DNA of 63,997 nt, filler included, from Catajapyx aquilonaris (GCA_000934665.2; 3 parts of 3 records of this genome joined end to end with filler, not necessarily neighbours in it), one strand, 5' to 3'; positions 13,001 through 25,419 are shown, counted from the first letter of the whole stretch. The notes: generated by a model not told the origin, from the letters alone. Program-made: numbers and translations.

Positions 13001-15466
13001 ATAGCACGACCAGGAAAAAATAAATTAGGCGGCAATGCGTAGTTGGGGCCTGACCAAGATCCGGTCTGGCGGCTCCCGGTGGCATCCCAGGCCGCCAAGG
13101 GGTGGAATCCCCCTACCCCCGGGAGATTTTCTTTCAGATATTTTTTCTGATCGCACTATTTTCTCAAAAAATGTAAACTAAACGCTATTTGTCGTAGAAG
13201 GAATCACACTATGATTGTCTCAAAGGTGAAGACCGAATGTGCTATATTTCGCCAGATAGAACAAAAAATATGGCTGGGTCACAAAAAGTGCACCGTCTGA
13301 GGGTTAATACACTGTAATGTCATGATATGTCATCTTTAAATTTGCAAGATAATAATTATTTCTGTCCCTACAGTAAGGACAATAATTTTAAGAATATTTG
13401 CATGTCTTTACTTTTTAATGAGACAAATGTTCCAAGCATAGCCTACTTCTCACACTTTCACAATATAGTAATAAAAGTAAAATCATAATTTTACACATAC
13501 TTGCAACATAGATATACATATTAAAGCTACCTTTAATATCTATGACTTGCAAGTATGAAAGAAATTAATCATAAACTTTGTCAAATTACCAGGTCACAGT
13601 ATTATTTTCCAAATGATACGAGACAGAATTTATCCCTCATCAGATATATCCGATACTGCATCATTTCTATTCTACAGGGTGGCAAGACGTAAGGGGCATA
13701 TGTCTGATGAGCAGTAAAACAATTATTAAGAAATTCATACAAGCCAGTGAAACTACAAGAAAACAAGTACAGAGTGGGGAAAACATAATGCATATTGATT
13801 TTCCACATAGTGGTCAACTTGGGCACCATTCGATGCAAGCTTGAAGTCTTATTTCGCCGAATGGCCCGTAAGGGTACATAGCCTCCCTGGACCTTATGCC
13901 AGGTTACTTTTTTCTTTGGGGACACTTAAAAAAAAACAAGAGTGTATCAAGTGTGTAAAACAAGTGACATCAGGAGAAATTACATTAAATTTTTTTGATG
14001 ATTAAACTTAAGGTCGACCTGGATACAAGCATGCCAAATCATCCAAAACCTGGCATGACTCATCTTCACCAAGGTATTATTGAGGTGTTTAATTCAATTC
14101 CTGGGTGATCAGCAGAAAAGCATGCCAGAAGGGCAAAATAAGACTTCAAGTTTGCATTGACTTGAATGGTCCTCAAGTTGACCCAAGTTGGAAAATCAAT
14201 ATGCATTATGTTTTCCTGACTCTATATACATGTTTTCTGATAGTGAGGTTTTTTTGTTTTTTTTGTTGCAGAATCTGATGGCAAATTAATCAAGCACTCA
14301 TACTGCTCCAATGTCAGACAGGCTGGCTTTTCTGACACAGCAGGTATGGGCTTCCAACACAAAAGTTATCTTTCATTTTTTCATGGAGTTCTTCCAGCAA
14401 ATAACAGTTGAAACAATCAAGTCAACAGAGCAGATGAACATGAAACTCCTGATATCTCCAGGTATGTCAGAATCTATTTCTTCTAAATACTTTCACCACA
14501 TGGAAGCTGTCTAGATTTCAACTTTTCATTGATTCTGCCCAAACTTGATTATCTTTTATCCCTGTAATGCCCACTGGGTCATATCTGGCACACTATTTAG
14601 TGCAATTTTTGCAATTTTTATATTTCCTGTAAGTGCCAAATTGCACTAAATGGTGTGCCAGATATGACCCATTACAGGGTTATCTGACTATATTTATTGA
14701 CTGAGCATTTGTGATGGTTTTTGATTGTGAGCAGAAACAGGGGAACCCAGATAAAACCCCATGCAAACATGAAAAGACCACTCTGAAACTCCTTCCACAT
14801 GATCAAGTCTTCATTTGACCAGGGTCTAAAACTGAAGACCCCAGAGGTGGAAGGCTGTGGTGCTAGCCACCGTGCACCCTCACTAATGCAGAATAAGGTA
14901 TGCAACACTGTTCATATTGTAATTTCCCACAAACCTATGGCACCCTGACTTGTTACAAACATGGCATCAACCTCTTCAGCTCCAATACCCGATCCAGGAA
15001 TGAATATGTGACTGGGCCAAGGGGTTAGCAACTCCCCAAAAAAGTGTACACCAGATCCTGGAACCGGGAGGTTCCACCCGGTTCCAAGCCTGTTCCACCT
15101 GGTTCCTTGGCCAGTGTGTACACCGGTTCCAGGGAGTTGCTAACCCCTTGGACTGGGCAATACACGTTATTGCTTGTGATCAGTTTTTTTCAATGCTCCA
15201 GGTCACCTGTTTGCACCTCTTTCTGCCTCCAGCAGTGTGATTCCCAGCTCTATATTCTAGGCACCCTATTGAAGAGACATTGTCAAGCACCAAAAATATT
15301 GCAGAATTGTACACTTTTTGTTGTTTAACCTTAGATGCACATGCAAGACTAACAAAATACTCACACTTTTCTTCGCTGGATCTTCAGGTAAAAAGAAGCC
15401 AATAAGTCCGGGCTGGCGGTTCACCTCATTGGGCTGTAATACCCTCTTTAGGTATGCCTTATGCAT
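4096..15466 (-). CDS. FHA-domain protein (RNF8/CHFR/TCF19-like N-terminus), first three coding exons; remainder not resolved
   Basis: Exons 15365-15466 (MHKAYLKRVLQPNEVNRQPGLIGFFLPEDPAKKS, GTGAGT donor), 8490-8606 (VVLGREENADVPVLDPFLSRKQVEFVRCSNSGNWQLIHF, AG acceptor and GTGAGT donor) and 4096/4100-4226 (GLNVTLLNGVPVQPGVTMTLHPNDMIDIASKYAFRVHPDLQH). All join in phase 0 and give the FHA hallmarks GR...SR...N.T..NG....L..ND.I.I. Confidence 0.7.
4753..5495. mobile_element. Mariner-derived foldback element (transposase remnant with ~290-bp inverted arms)
   Basis: TA-flanked TIRs GAGGGTTGGATTTTAAATAGTGGCAAC / GTTGCCACTATTTAAAATCCAACCCTG. The plus strand at ~4979-5207 reads GVILCHSVPEGRTVNAQYYCDF...LHDNAPCH...ETLENPPYS with stops. 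Arms ~4753-5045 vs ~5216-5495. Confidence 0.85.
6017..7423. mobile_element. Tc1/mariner (maT/rosa-like) foldback remnant hosting a nested insertion
   Basis: 7035-7290 encodes FPGWVISRFGDIPW...DLTIPNFFLWGNLK...LEECVA..GGHL, a transposase C-terminus. An inverted copy lies at ~6070-6281 plus 6982-7020. Left boundary approximate. Confidence 0.75.
6286..6977. mobile_element. TTAA-targeting non-autonomous DNA transposon (Kolobok/Sola3-like termini)
   Basis: TIR GGGGGCACTACAGT / ACTGTAGTGCCCCC, TSD TTAA (6282-6285 and 6978-6981). Removing it restores the host transposase reading PQSLADLKDQIRHAV. Confidence 0.8.
10876..11042 (+). mobile_element. 5'-truncated SINE
   Basis: 13-bp TSD AATGACCCAACTA (10863-10875 and 11043-11055). 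The 3' end GGTAATCCAC...GGCTCTAGCACGGG is shared with the SINE at 29714-29969. Confidence 0.65.
11175..11293. mobile_element. 119-bp piggyBac-type MITE, copy 1
   Basis: TIR CCTCCTGAGACCC / GGGTCTCAGGAGG, flanks TTAA/TTAT; second copy at 27477-27595. Confidence 0.8.
12536..12700. mobile_element. Small Tc1/mariner-type MITE
   Basis: TA-CAGGGTGTCC...GGACACCCTG-TA. Confidence 0.6.
13750..14245. repeat. Old MITE-like inverted repeat
   Basis: Degenerate arms ~13750-13865 vs ~14125-14245 (GGAAAACATAATGCATATTGATTTTCCA / TGGAAAATCAATATGCATTATGTTTTCC). Confidence 0.55.
14560..14679. mobile_element. Hairpin MITE with piggyBac-like CCC...GGG ends
   Basis: CCCTGTAATG..TGGGTCATATCTGGCACAC.ATTTAGTGCAATTT vs its reverse complement ending CATTACAGGG. 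Confidence 0.55.
14726..14880 (-). mobile_element. Old tRNA-derived SINE fragment
   Basis: The minus strand shows a degenerate tRNA-like head followed by a GGAGTTT..CATGTTTGCATGGGGTTTTATCTGGGTTCCCCTGTTTC core resembling V-domain SINEs (from memory). Confidence 0.45.
15018..15150. mobile_element. hAT-type MITE
   Basis: TIR CAAGGGGTTAGCAACTCCC / GGGAGTTGCTAACCCCTTG, perfect 8-bp TSD GACTGGGC. Confidence 0.8.
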
Positions 15467-16747
15467 GGCTTTGATGCAACACTAAAGCGTAGGGCCACGC
15501 TGAAGCAGTTTTGATGAATGTTCACACACAAGCCTAAACCAGCCCCTCAACTTGCCCTCAGCAGACAATCGCAACGTGTGTTTGAAATTTTTTCAGCCTG
15601 ACTACCACCAGAGGGACCCCAGAATACTTTCAGAAAATCTCCAGTCTCTAACTCCTCCAAACCGTGAAATTCCGGTGGGCTATGACCACGCTGGATCAGG
15701 CTGGATCACGCTGAGATCTCTACCCTACACTGTACACTACCCCTGTCGTGACCACCGCAACAGCACCATCTTCCCTCTCCCGTCTCCTCGTCGCTGGTCG
15801 CTCGTCCTCGCCTCATCGCCTGTGCAGTCCTCGCTCTCCTCACGCTCCACAATATGCTCCACAACAAGCTAATATCAACGAGATGACTGTTTCTAGGTGA
15901 AAAGTAGCTTAGCAACTATTTTTCTAAACAAACTTTAGTCCCGCGGTTGCGCTGCTCAGAACACACGTGAGTTATAATGTGGACCCGGACCATAAAATTA
16001 CGACAAGTTTAAAAAGCAGGACAACACCGTGTCAAGCACCACAAAACCATTGGCACCTTCAGACAACAGCTATAACCGTAGCTATAGCTATTCATTGTCC
16101 GTTTGCCCGCCATTTAGCCCGCCATAGCCCGCCAAAGGTGTGCCCGCCACCTGCCGCCGATCATACTCAACATCAGCTGGAGCCGGTTGGAACCTCCCTG
16201 CCATCTACTGATACAACTCGTACCGCCTAGGCAACTGGTTATCTTTTTTTTTCTGAGCAGGAAGAGCGGCGGGGGACGTTGCCAGATATACGTCGTACTC
16301 GTCCAGACCTCTTCTTCTGTAATAGCTCTATCATGCGACCTGTGTGTGATTCATTCTGATCAGTCAGCCATTTACACGGGCGTTTCTGTCTGTGTTGCGA
16401 GGCGACTGGAGTCGGAGTCAGCTAGTCGGACAGGTGAGGAAAGCAAATGTAGAATAGGAATTGGGCTGAATTTGTTGGAATAGGACGACAATTTAAATTT
16501 GGAAAACGGGGATAAATTGTCACCAGATTATGTGTGAACATGCAGGAATTTGGAGTACTGGTAGTCTTAGTGGTTATATTCAAATGTTTCATTCTACGTT
16601 CACAAGTGGGCATGGGTCACTTATTTGGCGTTATTGTTCTGTTGGGCTTGTTTTGTTGGGCCGACTAATTTCTGCAAGTATTTGAATAGGTTCGAATGGT
16701 TTCAATCAGTTCACCATAAACTTCTTTGAAGGAACCGCAGCTGGAAA

Positions 16748-18095
16748 ATGGGGGCCCATGTGTCCAGGACTGACTTCGAGTGGACGCATGATGAGGAACC
16801 ACATGCTTCAAGGCGCAAGCTGATACTCAGTAAGCAAGAGTTACCTCTAGAGTACATTTAATGCCCCTCAATCTGCTGTGTAAAGGAGAAATTGCCCTTT
16901 TTGCACCGAAGCAGTAGTGGTGGAGTGGTATGGTGTCCAACTGCTAATCGGGAAGTCCTGGGTTCGAATCCCGGAGGCCGGCGACCCTGACCATGGTTTT
17001 CTGTGGTTTCCCATGGTCCTCGCAGGATAATTCTTGGGTCGTTACCGTAATCATAGGCCACAGCCGCTTCCTTCCTTGCCTCATTCCGATGAAAAAGTAG
17101 TAAAAATGGAAAGAGTTCCAGACAAAAACATTTGGAGTAATCCCCCCCTTGAAAGGCCGGGTTGGCTGATAATGGGGTATCTTCAAAAAAGAAAGGGGGG
17201 GGGGGGGNNNNNNNNNNNNAAGCAGTATATTTTCTATATTTTTAGGTGAACCCATAATTCTGACTTGTTTGAAATTTTTTGTAACAATTGGGCCTGTTCC
17301 ACACTACCTGATGTTCTTTTACTGATTCAGTCAATTGGTTGTAGTTTTATTACATCCTTAATAGGTGGAAAGACCTTAAGGAGGCTGTAAAGTGAGTGTG
17401 ACTGTGCTATGATGAAACCTCTGTGAAAATACATTTAAAGTTAATAATGCCAGTTGAATCCTGAATTTGCTGCACAACATTGGAAACTTTTTATCAAAAA
17501 CCGAAAGGAATGGGACATTGTAGCAGTGACTGTGACAGGTTAGTGTATGTACCGCCGAAGCGAGTACGACTGTGACAGGTTACCTTAAAAAGGAATCTAC
17601 CAAATTCTGGAAAAACTAAAAATAGTTCTTGTTACATTTTTATTATCATTAGAACTCCTGATGACGTAAGTCATGTGCCAGGCACAAGGATTTCAGATTG
17701 AGATGCGTGACGACTCGCATTAATTTGGGAATAGTCACGTCAACACCATAATTGGCCCCAATTGATTAATCAGCCATCTGTGTGACCTCTCCTGAAGGTC
17801 AATTTTTCTTGGCAACAGAATTGTTGACCTTACTCCCTCTTCTTTCTCTAAATTCCGCTGTTGCCACATGTCATTACAAATTAAAATAACTTTTTTGTTT
17901 TGTTTTTTTCTATTTCAGAAAAGTACCCCAAGATCAAGGAGCTGTTTGGCTACGACCCAAAATTCAAATGGATTGTGACCGGGATGGTTTTCCTCCAATT
18001 TGTTGCCTGCTTTGTACTGAGGGACAGCCCCTGGTACATCCTACTTCTTGCTGCATATGGTTTCGGGGGTGTCATCAACCATTCACTTATGCTTG
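16748..18095 (+). CDS. DEGS1: Sphingolipid delta(4)-desaturase DES1 (infertile crescent), exons 1-2 only
   Basis: Exon 16748-16829 MGAHVSRTDFEWTHDEEPHASRRKLIL (phase 1, GTAAGC donor). Exon 17919-18095 KKYPKIKELFGYDPKFKWIVTGMVFLQ...AYGFGGVINHSLML (GTTAGT donor). The downstream His-box exons are not seen before the contig break. Confidence 0.93.
16905..17185 (+). mobile_element. tRNA-derived SINE in DEGS1 intron 1
   Basis: B-box GGTTCGAATCCC; body GACCCTGACCATGGTTTT.TGTGGTTT..CATGG...GGCC..CGCTTCCTTCC shared with 29714-29969. Confidence 0.8.
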
Positions 18096-18667
18096 GTTAG
18101 TCTACATATGATGTCTATCTTTTGGGTGGAGTGTCAAATTGAATTAAATCCAATGTGATATTTGAATCATATATTCAGCTACGGACGTCAATACAAATTG
18201 ATCACCAATCACTTCAACTATCATTTACATACCTTTTAACTGTTTTAAGACCTGCAACAAGATTTGTTCCTTCTGACAAGTACATTTTAAAATGTGGCAA
18301 CAATAAGAGGGCTCAAGAGTTAATTCCTAATTATTTTGAAACCTGTCCATTGGCTGTTATGTGGTAAACATGCAACATTACTGAGAAGGATGTATGGCAG
18401 CAATAGTAGTATCTTTATCTTAACAATTTAATGCTTCAGTAGTGAGAGACTGAACATGTTTTAGCCCCCAATGAGAATCTACTCAACGGGACCAACATGC
18501 AGTGTGGTCCAATTGAAATGTCGGCAATTATTATTAGCTATTTTTTGGTACTAAGCTGTTTATTTTAGGGCGCTTACTCTCAAACAGTTACGTAGGTTAA
18601 GGGCTGTCAAATTTAGTAGCTGTGAACACTTGATTGACAGACTTGATTGCTGGTCTCACAAGTTTAT

Positions 18668-21109
18668 GGGTCATTTTCATTTTTTTTGCACATTTTCTGT
18701 GTCAATGTAGAAAAAAAACAATTAATAACTGTGACCAATCCTGCAAGTCATTTTACATTTACGTGAAAGAGACATTCATATGTGTTCATTTGATATCAAA
18801 AACATGGATTAGAATTCATTCAGTCATATGTTAATAAATGAAAAATGATTAAAAGTGTATGGAAATGAGTTGAAGCTGATAGCAAGATTAGCTCTTTGTG
18901 AATTTCATACAGCTGTGTCAGTACCCGGATTTTGGAACCCAAGTTTTTTTTTTTACTCTTGTTATCATTGGATACCCCAAAGTTTATACATAGCATTGTC
19001 ATTTGTGATATAACTAAATGTTACAAATCATTTAATAAGGATGTGAAGCGTGACACTGTCACACTCTGTTACCATCTGACTGGCACCCTTGCTGGAACTT
19101 CTGAAATTGCTCAAAATAGGCCAGCAAAATGCCCAAGTGTAGCATAGATTCAGTCGCGAGGGAATCCTTTGTCAGTTGGGAGTTGAGTGCTGGACAAGGA
19201 GCGTCTCCTCCTTGTCCATATTTTCTGCATGTCACGTATGCTACCTTCTGAAATCCTATTCCACTGCATGTAATTGTCAAAGCTGAATTGAGCTTGTTGC
19301 ATACTAAGGTCCCACCTCTTCAGGTACTAATGACTTTTCATGAAAACAAATAGTCTGCAAGGAACAAATTGCTACATTGAATTTGTCACTGTTGGTTACT
19401 GTCACATATGTTACCTACCGTAGAGTAACATATGTGACAGGCTTGGTAACAAATGTGAATGATGTCACCTATTATGCTATAAGGCAGAACAGCCTAACAT
19501 CTGTTTGATTTCATCATCGCAGCCATTGGGAATGCATATTCATAAGCAGCCATGACTGTTGCCTATTATTGTCACCAACAATAAGCAACAGTTATGGTTG
19601 TGGTGGATGTTATGATGGTTAATAATACGCCAAAGTCGTGGCCCATGCGTGTGAGTAGGGTTTCCCAATAGCTGCTACGATGACATCAAACAGAAGTTAG
19701 GCTGTTCAGCCTATAATTGTATTTAGATCATATTCATATAGACTTCTCAGAGAACTATTCATGTCTGCTAAGCCAGGAAATCCAATCCTACCATTTTGGA
19801 GGATGGCGTTCACAGGCAACATTGCACACAGGGGTCCTGTACCTTGCAGAACAGAGGCCACTTTCTTTTGCATCGATATCTGCCTGTCATGACCATAGCC
19901 CACCAGCCATCTGGGCACACATGTCCCCTGTGATCCACTACTTAAAAGAGATTGCACCAGAGGTGAATACACTACATTTTTTTTCTGATGGACCTTCCAT
20001 GCAATACAGGCAGAAGAAAAACTTCTTTCTCTTCAACAAATTGCTTCTGGGAGAGGGATTTCAAAATGGAACGTGGTTTTTTTTTAAGGCAGGACATGGG
20101 AAGGGGGCTGCCGATGGGGTAGGAGATGTGTCTGAAGCTCACAGCTGATGCACAAGTAGCCATGTAAAAGATATATCTGGTGCTAAAGCATTCTATGATC
20201 ATTTGAAGAATGCCACTAATGTGAAATTGTTTTACGTTACTGAGAATGAAGTAGACTCTGTGTCAAAGAATGTGCCATCATGTATTCCAACTCGGAAAGG
20301 TACCATGGCTGTCCCCAAGTTATGTGCGAAACACTGGGACAGTTAGGTTTCAGAGACGTGTCATGCTTCTGTGAAGGAAAAGAAGGATTTTGTGATTGTT
20401 ATAATCCTGGATTGTATTTTCTTCGTTGTCCCTTGTCTGCCTCAGATAATACATGATATGTCCAACCTCATATATAGTATAGAAAATGTGAATCAAGTTC
20501 TTGGGTATGATTCAGCATATTGCTATTATCGTTTCTTGAAATGAGGAGTTGTCACATCTGTTACCAAATATCACGTCTGTTACCCATGTGAGTCTTTACC
20601 ATAGCATTAGAGTGGTATGAGGTACTGTTAATTAAAGTATAGTAAGTGAACGCCTCCCAGATGCCTTACATATTTAAAAATATTACACCTATGTGCATGA
20701 GCTTCATAACTAATCGTAAGTGAAACGTCGTGAAATTTTAATAACTCTCTTTACCAGCCATTCCTATCCATAACAAATGAGCCAAATTTCCTGTTTCCTG
20801 TAAATGAAAAATAATACTCTCACGAGAGTGGTGCTCTCCGCTGCATGGGAGCATTAAAACTTCAAGATTACGTACACCGTGGTTTTAAAAAACATCCACA
20901 CAATGGTAACAGAAATGACAAAGGAAGCCACTATGCACTGTTAAATCTGTACCGTAATATCAATTAAACTTCTCCCACCATATCATGTCCAACATGGGAT
21001 TAAAATAGTACAGATGATTCCAAATCATGTGGTATGAGTAAAAACCGGTTTAGGTTTCATATTTCACAAACAAATTTCTGGATTTGCACACAAAAAAAGA
21101 AAATGACCC
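18668..21109 (+). mobile_element. Internally deleted Sola2-like DNA transposon with transposase remnant
   Basis: TIR GGGTCATTTTC.TTTTTT / AAAAAAGAAAATGACCC, 4-bp TSD TTAT. ORF 19717-20148 has HIDFSENY..EIQSYHF..TLHTG...FSDGP..QYR..NF...GHGKG..DGVG motifs, matching my recollection of Sola2 DDE transposases; frameshifted downstream. Confidence 0.8.
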
Positions 21110-21291
21110 TTATACAGGGCTGTACGAAAGGTTCGGATTGCTTCTTTGATGTACGGTTCTTGAGATATTCTAAAGAGAAATTACTCCTGTTGATTTTGGC
21201 TCCATGACAGATAATTGCACTTGAAATCATGTGACGTCACTACTGGTCTCCGCTAGCTTGCATGCTTGGGAGGGAAAGCAAAGGTAACTAC

Positions 21292-21391
21292 NNNNNNNNN
21301 NNNNNNNNNNNNNNNNNNNNNNNNNNNNNNNNNNNTTAATTAATTAANNNNNNNNNNNNNNNNNNNNNNNNNNNNNNNNNNNNNNNNNNNN
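21292..21391. other. Artificial contig-join spacer
   Basis: Exactly N44 + TTAATTAATTAA + N44 (stops in all six frames), identical to 42671-42770. Confidence 0.97.
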
Positions 21392-21469
21392 CATTCCGCT
21401 CGCGTTTCTCTTTCATTTGATTGGGTTTTTCATTGGGTTTTGACCGCTTCCACTAACCGAAAGAAATTA

Positions 21470-23102
21470 CACAGCGCAACAAAAAAAATAATCGGCGTGT
21501 TACTCGGAAACCACTATGCACATCATGTTAGTAGGTACCAAAGTAGCTGGGAAACGCCCGGGATTTCTCTCCCAAAATGTGCAGGGGGCCAGGGTGACCA
21601 AAAATCCGAAAAATTCAAAATATTGACGTTTTTTGGCCTATTTCCAGGTCTGGCAACCACTGTAAGTTTCGGATTTGGTTTTTGCTGGCATTAGGTGAAT
21701 TCGTTTATGGCTGAGTGTAGCAATAGTGTAGCAATAGTGTAGCTCCAGCGAGAGTTCTGCATTCGTTTATGACGAAGCTGCTCTAAAGGGGCGGGGCTTG
21801 GCGTAGCACTGCATTCGTTTATCCCAGTGCAAGGGTCGGGTGTAGCGCGAGTGTAGCTCTGGCCTGCACGCTCGTTCGGGAGGGTGCAAGCGGTGTAGCA
21901 GTGGGTGTAGCTCCTCTTACACTGTGACGTTTCACACACGTGACCAGGCTGCGCGAGAGCTACACTCCAGTGCTACACTCAACCATAAACGAATTCACCT
22001 CATAGGTGTTACCTGGGACTAGTCTGAAGCCACTATGGTGTTTAAAGTCAATCTTTTATAGAAATTGTAGGTTTTCCAGGGTCCTTTTCATGGAAAAAAT
22101 TCCGTTTTTTGGTACTTTTTCGTCAATTTTTGGGGAACAGTGTATGGACTTTTTTTTAAAACAAGTGTAGCGTAATGGGCTCTTTAGAGACCCTACAATC
22201 GAGGAATAATAGTAGAACTTTCCTATGCAACCCTAGTACGCGTGTGCAAAAGCCTATCTTGGGTAAAATCGCGTTTTTTCGCATTTTCGGTGATTTGACG
22301 TTTTTCAGCATTTAAAACCAAATATTCCTCGGCTTTAAAATAAATGAATTCTTCTTATTAGTCTAACAAACTGTCAGGGACCCCCATTGTATGGAAAAAG
22401 ACTACGATTTCCATAAGCAACAGCCTACGTGTGTATTATTTTTTTTTGTACGCGTACGCGTACGTGGGTTGCTTATGGAAATCATAGTCTTTTTCCATAC
22501 TATGGGGGTCCCTGACAGTTAGTTAAACTAAGAAGAAATCATTTATTTTAAAGCCGAGGAATATTTGGTTTTAAATGCTGAAAAAAGTCAAATCACCAAA
22601 AATGCGAAAAAACGCGATTTTACCCAAGATTAGGCTTTTGCACACGCGTACTAGGGTTGCATAGGAAAGTTCTACTATTATTCCTCGATTGTAGGGTCTC
22701 TAAAGAGCCCATTACGCTACACTTGTTTTTAAAAAAAGTCCATACACTGTTCCCCAAAAATTGACGAAAAAGTACCAAAAAAACTGAATTTTTTCCATGA
22801 AAAGGACCCTGGAAAACCTACAATTTCTATAAAAGATTGACTTTAAACACCATAGTGGCTTCAGACTAGTCCCAGGTAACACCTAAGGCCAGCAAAAACC
22901 AAATCCGAAACTTACAGTGGTTGCCAGACCTGGAAATAGGCCAAAAAACGTCAATATTTTGAAATTTTCGGATTTTTGGTCACCCTGGCCCCCTGCACAT
23001 TTTGGGAGAGAAATCCAGGGCGTTTCCCAGCTACTTTGGTACCTACTAACATGATGTGCATAGTGGTTTCCGAGTAACACGCCTTTTTTTTGTTGCGCTG
23101 TG
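21470..23102. mobile_element. Palindromic non-autonomous DNA transposon (CMC/Chapaev3-like)
   Basis: Termini CACAGCGCAAC / GTTGCGCTGTG, 3-bp TSD TTA. Essentially one inverted repeat centred near 22450 with ~650-bp arms once the nested insertion is removed. Confidence 0.75.
21692..22001. mobile_element. MITE nested in the left arm of the palindrome (possible AT TSD, ISL2EU/Harbinger-like)
   Basis: TIR AGGTGAATTCGTTTATGG.TGAGTGTAGCA / TGCTACACTCAACCATAAACGAATTCACCT; absent from the right arm. Confidence 0.75.
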
Positions 23103-24406
23103 TTATCCAAAAAAGGCCTCATTGTCGACAATTTTCAAATTTGCACGTTTTTTTTTCTCCACACGGTATTGCGCAATATGGATGAAATTTGATATGCAGC
23201 ATTATGGAACACGACAGCTGTGAATTCCTTTATCAAAATCAGATGTGTTCTGGCAACATTTTAGCCCACTTGATTGGAAAGAAACGCTATATTTTGAGGA
23301 TTTTGGTTCTTTGACTGCCCCGAGGTCAAAAACAAATCAAAGTCAAAATGAATGCCCGAGTTACTATACACATTCAAGATCAAGAGACACTGCGGGAAGG
23401 AAGTGGAATGACAAAAAAACCCGACGTCAGCCGCAGCCGGGATGCAAAAAATAGGGAGGAGCCATTGACGGAGGAGACGCTGACGACCTGACGGGGGCGG
23501 GAGGTGAAATCTGCTCGTCGGCAGGATTTCTGTTACAAATAATAATCTATTCGTATAAACTTGCGCTATTAGTACTTCTCCCTTTCCGCAATCAATAAAT
23601 GACGGACTCCTCAAATTGCGAAAGCTTGTAGGTGTCAGTAAAAGCAAGAGTAAATAATAAATTTACACCTTTTATTTACCTGATGTATTAATTTTTATTT
23701 GCGGACAGGAAGTGGCATGACAAAAAAATTATTTCATTAATTATAATTTTTATTTATTTCATATTATTTACTCTTGGTAAAAGTCGGATAACTTTTGATC
23801 ACAAAACTTGGCACATTCAAGGCAGTGCGGAAAGTAAGTGTAATCTTGGTGGAATTCAAAGGAAATGACAAATCCGATGCCAGCCGCAGCCGAGCTGCGA
23901 ATAACAGGGAGTCACCAACTGGCCGTGGTTAAAATCGCTTTCCCTAATCCCCAACAATTCACAAACAAGTCGGCTTCATCTTGACCCTACAAGCACGGAG
24001 CCTTTAGTCATCCAAGTGCTTGGATGACTAAAGGCTCCGTGCCTACAAGCTTGTCCCAAAAGGGACCCAGTCACTCCCGGCGATGGAGGTATGTCTTCCC
24101 CCGTCCTTGGTCTCCCCTCCTCGCTCCAAAGACCCTCCGGTCTTGCCCTCCGGTCACCACCACCAACCCACCCTCCCGGCCTTCTATCCGGTTCGCCCCG
24201 CCCACTGGGTGTCCACTTTTCAATGACCCCCCCCTCGGCTGCTTCCCCGACCTAGTTCTCCCTCTCCCGCCAGGAGGAAACGAGTATGCTCAATCCACTC
24301 GCGTCAAAAGGATGGTCACACAAGTCAGTCACTCTGAATTATTTACTCTTGGTTATATCCTGTCTATTCAGGTATTACAAAAATCTGTATCCTCACTGTC
24401 TTTCAG

Positions 24407-24660
24407 GTGACCAGGTCCTGGTGGCAATCAAAGGACAAAAGAAGAAGGGGATCCTGGTGGGAGTGAAGCAGAAGCAGAAGCCCCTGATTCCTCGCTTTGA
24501 TACTAACAACCTAGTTCTCATTGATGACATGGGAACTCCTCTAGGGACCAGGATACACGTTCCCATTCCCACCATACTTAGGACCATTCTCAAGAAGAAA
24601 ACTGTGGCCAAGAAGGCAGATTATACCAAAGTGTTGGCCATTGCCACTCATTTTGTTTAA
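24407..24660 (+). CDS. mRpL14: Mitochondrial 39S ribosomal protein L14, terminal coding exon
   Basis: TTTCAG acceptor then GDQVLVAIKGQKKKGILVGVKQKQKPLIPRFDTNNLVLIDDMGTPLGTRIHVPIPTILR...KVLAIATHFV*. AATAAA at 24752 and 24827. The upstream exon is not found in this contig. Confidence 0.92.
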
Positions 24661-24949
24661 TAGACGGCCAAAAAGAATCATTTAATAAGCAACTGCATGC
24701 TTGTAGTTACTCCCACAGTAGGTGCACCAACCTGCTGTTATTAATACCTGCAATAAATAGTAACAGTTGAACTCATATAACAGAGGATGTTAATATAAGT
24801 TGCATACCAGATTTCACTTATAGCTTAATAAAATGAATATGAGAATTGTGCCACAAAACTGTTTAAAACCTACTATTTTTAATGTTGCTCCATAGAGACA
24901 GTTGCAGACTTATACTGGATAGTACTCAACTTCAGGCAGTTTGTTGATA

Positions 24950-25400
24950 GATGGAGGGAAGTCAGACAGGCAATTTGTCCATAAGTGTAGCGGGAGTTGG
25001 ATGGAATTTGTGTAAAGATGGTGATGATCCTTCAACATTCACCAGAGTGGATAAAAGAGCAGTCATTTTGTTTTGTGCACAGCAAGGACAAAAGCTATCT
25101 AAACATATTGGCGAATGTAGGCACCAGGCACAATGTAGATATGCCATGAACGTCGAAGTCATGTGCCTGTGACTGTTGTGAAAAATTTCAGGTATCACAG
25201 GTCCATTCCATTGGCCTGGCAGCAGCACATCTGTCAGAAAACTTTCACCTTCATGGAATATTTTACACCACTCAGAGGCAAGTGACTTCAAGATATATGG
25301 GAGACCCATGTAGTACCTGCATTTGCCAATACATTTCGATAGGTTTTGTCCATTCCATACCCAAAACTCTCCTTCTTGGTGCACACCAGGAGTGGCACCA
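24950..25400. mobile_element. Degenerate mariner 5' fragments in opposite orientations
   Basis: Plus strand STFTRVDKRAVILFC; minus strand ASEWCKIFHEGESFLTDVLLPG (mariner HTH-like). Confidence 0.5.
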
Positions 25401-25419
25401 TATTTGCACAGCTTCTATA

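Noticed and set aside
12302..13303. Possible piggyBac-like element (TTAA-CCCT...AGGG-TTAA)
   Set aside because: Only 4 bp of terminal match.
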